Shown: piece by piece, positions 61,347 to 64,000 of the stretch
How positions within the stretch are numbered: the first letter of the stretch is position 1
Layout of the letters: the number at the start of each line of letters is the position of its first letter
Assembly: GCF_963921235.1 (NCBI RefSeq)
Contig: NC_086097.1
Span: 47,184,001 to 47,248,000 of the forward strand
From: Mobula hypostoma
Taxonomy: Eukaryota
Direction of reading: 5' to 3'
Length of the DNA: 64,000 nt
Notes under the pieces: generated by a model
Database searches by the model: none
What the model saw: only the letters and a program-made list of their open reading frames with translations
Told to the model about the DNA's origin: nothing
Program-made: the position numbers and the translations under genes

Positions 61347-62925
61347 GATTCCCCGGCAAGGTCATTACCGAGCAAGACTTCCATGCCTTTCATCGGTAAT
61401 TCGGACCTCACCCCGATCGTGACTAGTCCAGAGACCAGGTTGCTTTGTAAGTGTATCTGGTGCAAAGGGACTGACTTTGTCCCTTCCCCCACACCTTTGA
61501 CCTTTATCTCCCCAGTCTGGGTCTCTGAGCTAAACTCTAATACACTCTTCAGTATCAGTGACTGACACACTCCCGTGTCTCTCCAGATCCGCACTGGAAC
61601 TGGTTTTAACCCCTCCTTCACTGACACCAATCCGGCCGAGATAAACCTCTTGTGCCCTTCCTGAACTTTGGCAGACCTGTCCTTCCCTAGCGGTTCGTTT
61701 ACCAGCTCGATACAGCCAGTCAAAATCGCCGTTTTTCCTTTTCCCGTCTCCTTCTTTGGGGCAAAGCACCTGGACGCAAAGTGTCCGACTTTCCCGCAAT
61801 TATAACAGATGACCCCAGGAGACTTCCTACCAGACTGCTCCCGGTCTACCTTATCCTTTTCACTAGTCCCCAGCTTACTTTCTGACTTTTCTGGCGGACT
61901 CTCCCCACCGTCCTGACTACCCTTCTGGTAGCTTTTACTCGGGGCAAACTTCATTTTATGCGTCAACGCATACTCATCCGCTAACTTAGCGGTTGCGGCT
62001 AACGTGGCTGCCTCTTTCTTATCTAGGTAGGGTCTCATACCCTCAGGGACACAACCTTTAAACTGCTCGATCAGGATCAGCTGTAGCAGTCTGTCATAAT
62101 CCCCCTCTACCCCCTTCGAGGCACACCAACGCTCACAATATGTCTGCATCTCACGGGCAAACTCTAAATACGTGCGGTCCCACTGCTTCCTCGCATTCCG
62201 GAACCTCTGCCGGTATGCCTCCGGGACCAACTCATAAATCCTGAGGATGGCCTCTTTCACCACCTCATACCTCTGGGTATCTTCCGCAGACAAAGCTGAG
62301 TAAGCTTGTTGGGCTTTCCCTTTCAGTACACTCTGAAGCAAAACAGCCCACTTATCCCTCGGCCAGTCCTGACTTGTAGCAACTTTTTCGAAATGGAGAA
62401 AGTACCGATCCACGTCGGTATCGTCAAATGGGGGAACTAGCCTAACCTCCTGGGTCGCCCGGAACCCTCTACCATGGTTCGGCACGGGCCCCTGCTCAGC
62501 CCTTATCTTTAACTTCTCCAGCTCAAATTTCCTTTCCCTCTGCCTCTCTCTCTCTTCTCGCTCCCATTGCCTCTCTTCTCTTCTCTTTCTAACTGTATCT
62601 CTCTCTCTCTCTCCTGCCTTTCTAACTGCTTCTCTTCGTGTTCTAACTGCCGTAACCGGAACTCGTGCTCGAGTCTCAGTTTTTCAAGCTGCACCTGTAC
62701 TGCGTCTCCAGCAGGTTTTTCAATAGACACCACCTCCAGCTCGCCTTGGGGAAACACACCTTTAGATACATAGTGCTCTACGATAGCTCTGTGTATCTCC
62801 TCTCTCCTCATTGTCGACTTCCCCTTAGCAAGATTCAACCGTTTGGCCACAGCTACCAATTCCGATTTCCTAGCATCCTCTAATGCCTTCAAGGTCGGCG
62901 CCTTTATAATTTGCTCAGCCTCCAT
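61331..62925 (-). CDS. Gag (SCAN-like capsid, CCHC knuckle) and protease, split by a frameshift near 62500
   Basis: ORFs 62509-62925 and 61331-62485: YF.HFEK.A....WP...W..LLQS.L.GKA, YELVPEAYRQRFR, CYNCGKVGHFASRC, RDTG, LLGNDL. Confidence 0.88.
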
Positions 62926-64000
62926 TTCTGCTGTTTGTCTTTTCTTTCTTTCGGGAATTTTGACCCAATCATTTACTCCGTCCCAAATTTAGCGTTCAAA
63001 AACGCGGACGAGAACCCCACTTATGTTACGTACCCAGTAACTGGGTTGCCAAACCAGCAGAAATGGATCACTCAGTTGGAGTCTGGATTACTAGAACTAA
63101 GAAAGTTTTATTAAAGAAACAAGCAACACAGTACTCTAATCAAAAGGATAATGAATGCAACAGTTCAGCAATGATAAACATACATGTACACAGAATTCAG
63201 ATAACAGGATCAATCAAGCTCTATCATTGTCTAGGGGTAAATGACCAGTTTCAAAGTGACGCAAAGTTCAGTTCAATTTAGTTCAGTTCAGTTCGCAGTA
63301 ATCGCTGCCGTGGGAGATGGACAGTGTGGGGGAAGGAGAGAGAGAGCAAAACGAATGAATATTCAAGGCTTCCACACAGACCTTTGCAGTCAGCTTTCGG
63401 GCGAGTCCTTTGTGATGTCATCTGAGGTCACCGACCGTGACCCCTCCGTTTCCAGATACGATCGTTTCCCTGCGGTGAACCTGGCACCCAGGCAAGGGTG
63501 GACACACACCAGGTTCCCGCCGATCGTGCCTTTCCACCCTGTGCGTCTATGGCCCAGTACTTCTCACCGACTTGTGAGAGACGCACCGCTTCCAGGGTCT
63601 TGTTACCTCGGGTGTCGTGTGTGTCCTGCCTTAGCGAACCTGTCCCTTTTTATCCCCCTGCTGGGGTATCGCCTGTCCATCACTTCAAACAGTTCAGGGT
63701 TCAAAGGGGGAGCCGATCTTGACAGCTCTCCTTCCCCTTGATTAACATCTCCAAATGCTGCTCCTCCATTGTTTTCCTTATCTCTCTCTCTCCTGAAGAC
63801 AGGTGGCAGACCAACTGCTGATTCCACTGGTGCCGGCCCAGGCCAGCTACATCTTAATCTATGTGTATTCTTGTCACAGTCTGAAACCTTCTATCTTGCA
63901 CTCTGTCAAGTGCATATCCAGTGACTTTTCAAATATGTTGAATTTTTCTGCCTTCTCCATCCTTGACACATGATGTCTGTGACACATGGAGCCAATGCAG

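Larger units (their letters stand above)
59066..63878 (-). mobile_element. Gmr1-like gypsy LTR retrotransposon, young insertion, pol internally deleted
   Basis: LTRs 59066-59922 and 63024-63878 (about 10 differences by hand count). TSD GTCTG. tRNA-Pro-like PBS TGGGGTTCTCGTCCG at 63005-63019. PPT at 59923-59934. Confidence 0.95.

Noticed and set aside
59000..63827. Duplicated ORFs at 59.0-59.9 kb and 63.0-63.8 kb
   Set aside because: They lie inside the two LTRs of one element and show no recognisable protein features.
1..64000. CRISPR arrays or prokaryotic operons
   Set aside because: The sequence is intron-containing vertebrate DNA, and no regularly spaced repeat-spacer structure was seen.

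Overview
Vertebrate genomic DNA. The repeat content (CR1 with TTTCTATG tails, V-SINE/HE1-like SINEs, abundant Penelope-like elements) suggests a cartilaginous fish, probably a ray (inference). The only intact host gene I can support is brain-type creatine kinase (ckb) on the minus strand: 7 coding exons (55795 to 46815, 381 aa, all introns GT-AG), a non-coding exon 1, and a CpG-rich promoter near 57.0-57.1 kb that looks bidirectional. Much of the rest is transposable-element sequence: Tc1, Tigger, CR1, Rex1/Babar, RTE-derived and tRNA SINEs, Penelope-like elements with minimal hammerhead ribozymes, a solo LTR and two gypsy-type LTR elements. Two observations stand out. (1) The LTR retrotransposon at 4535-8316 has a 5-bp TSD. 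Its RT/RNaseH/integrase region is replaced by an intronless SUDS3 cDNA fused in frame to gag-protease, and its U5/PBS is replaced by the 3' end of an ACIN1-like mRNA, resembling retroviral capture of cellular mRNA. (2) ckb intron 2 holds a decayed second copy of exon 2 that resembles the avian alternative Ba-CK exon. A chain of damaged exon-like segments downstream of ckb may be an unrecognised pseudogene or lncRNA. All homology calls come from recalled protein sequences, not database searches.
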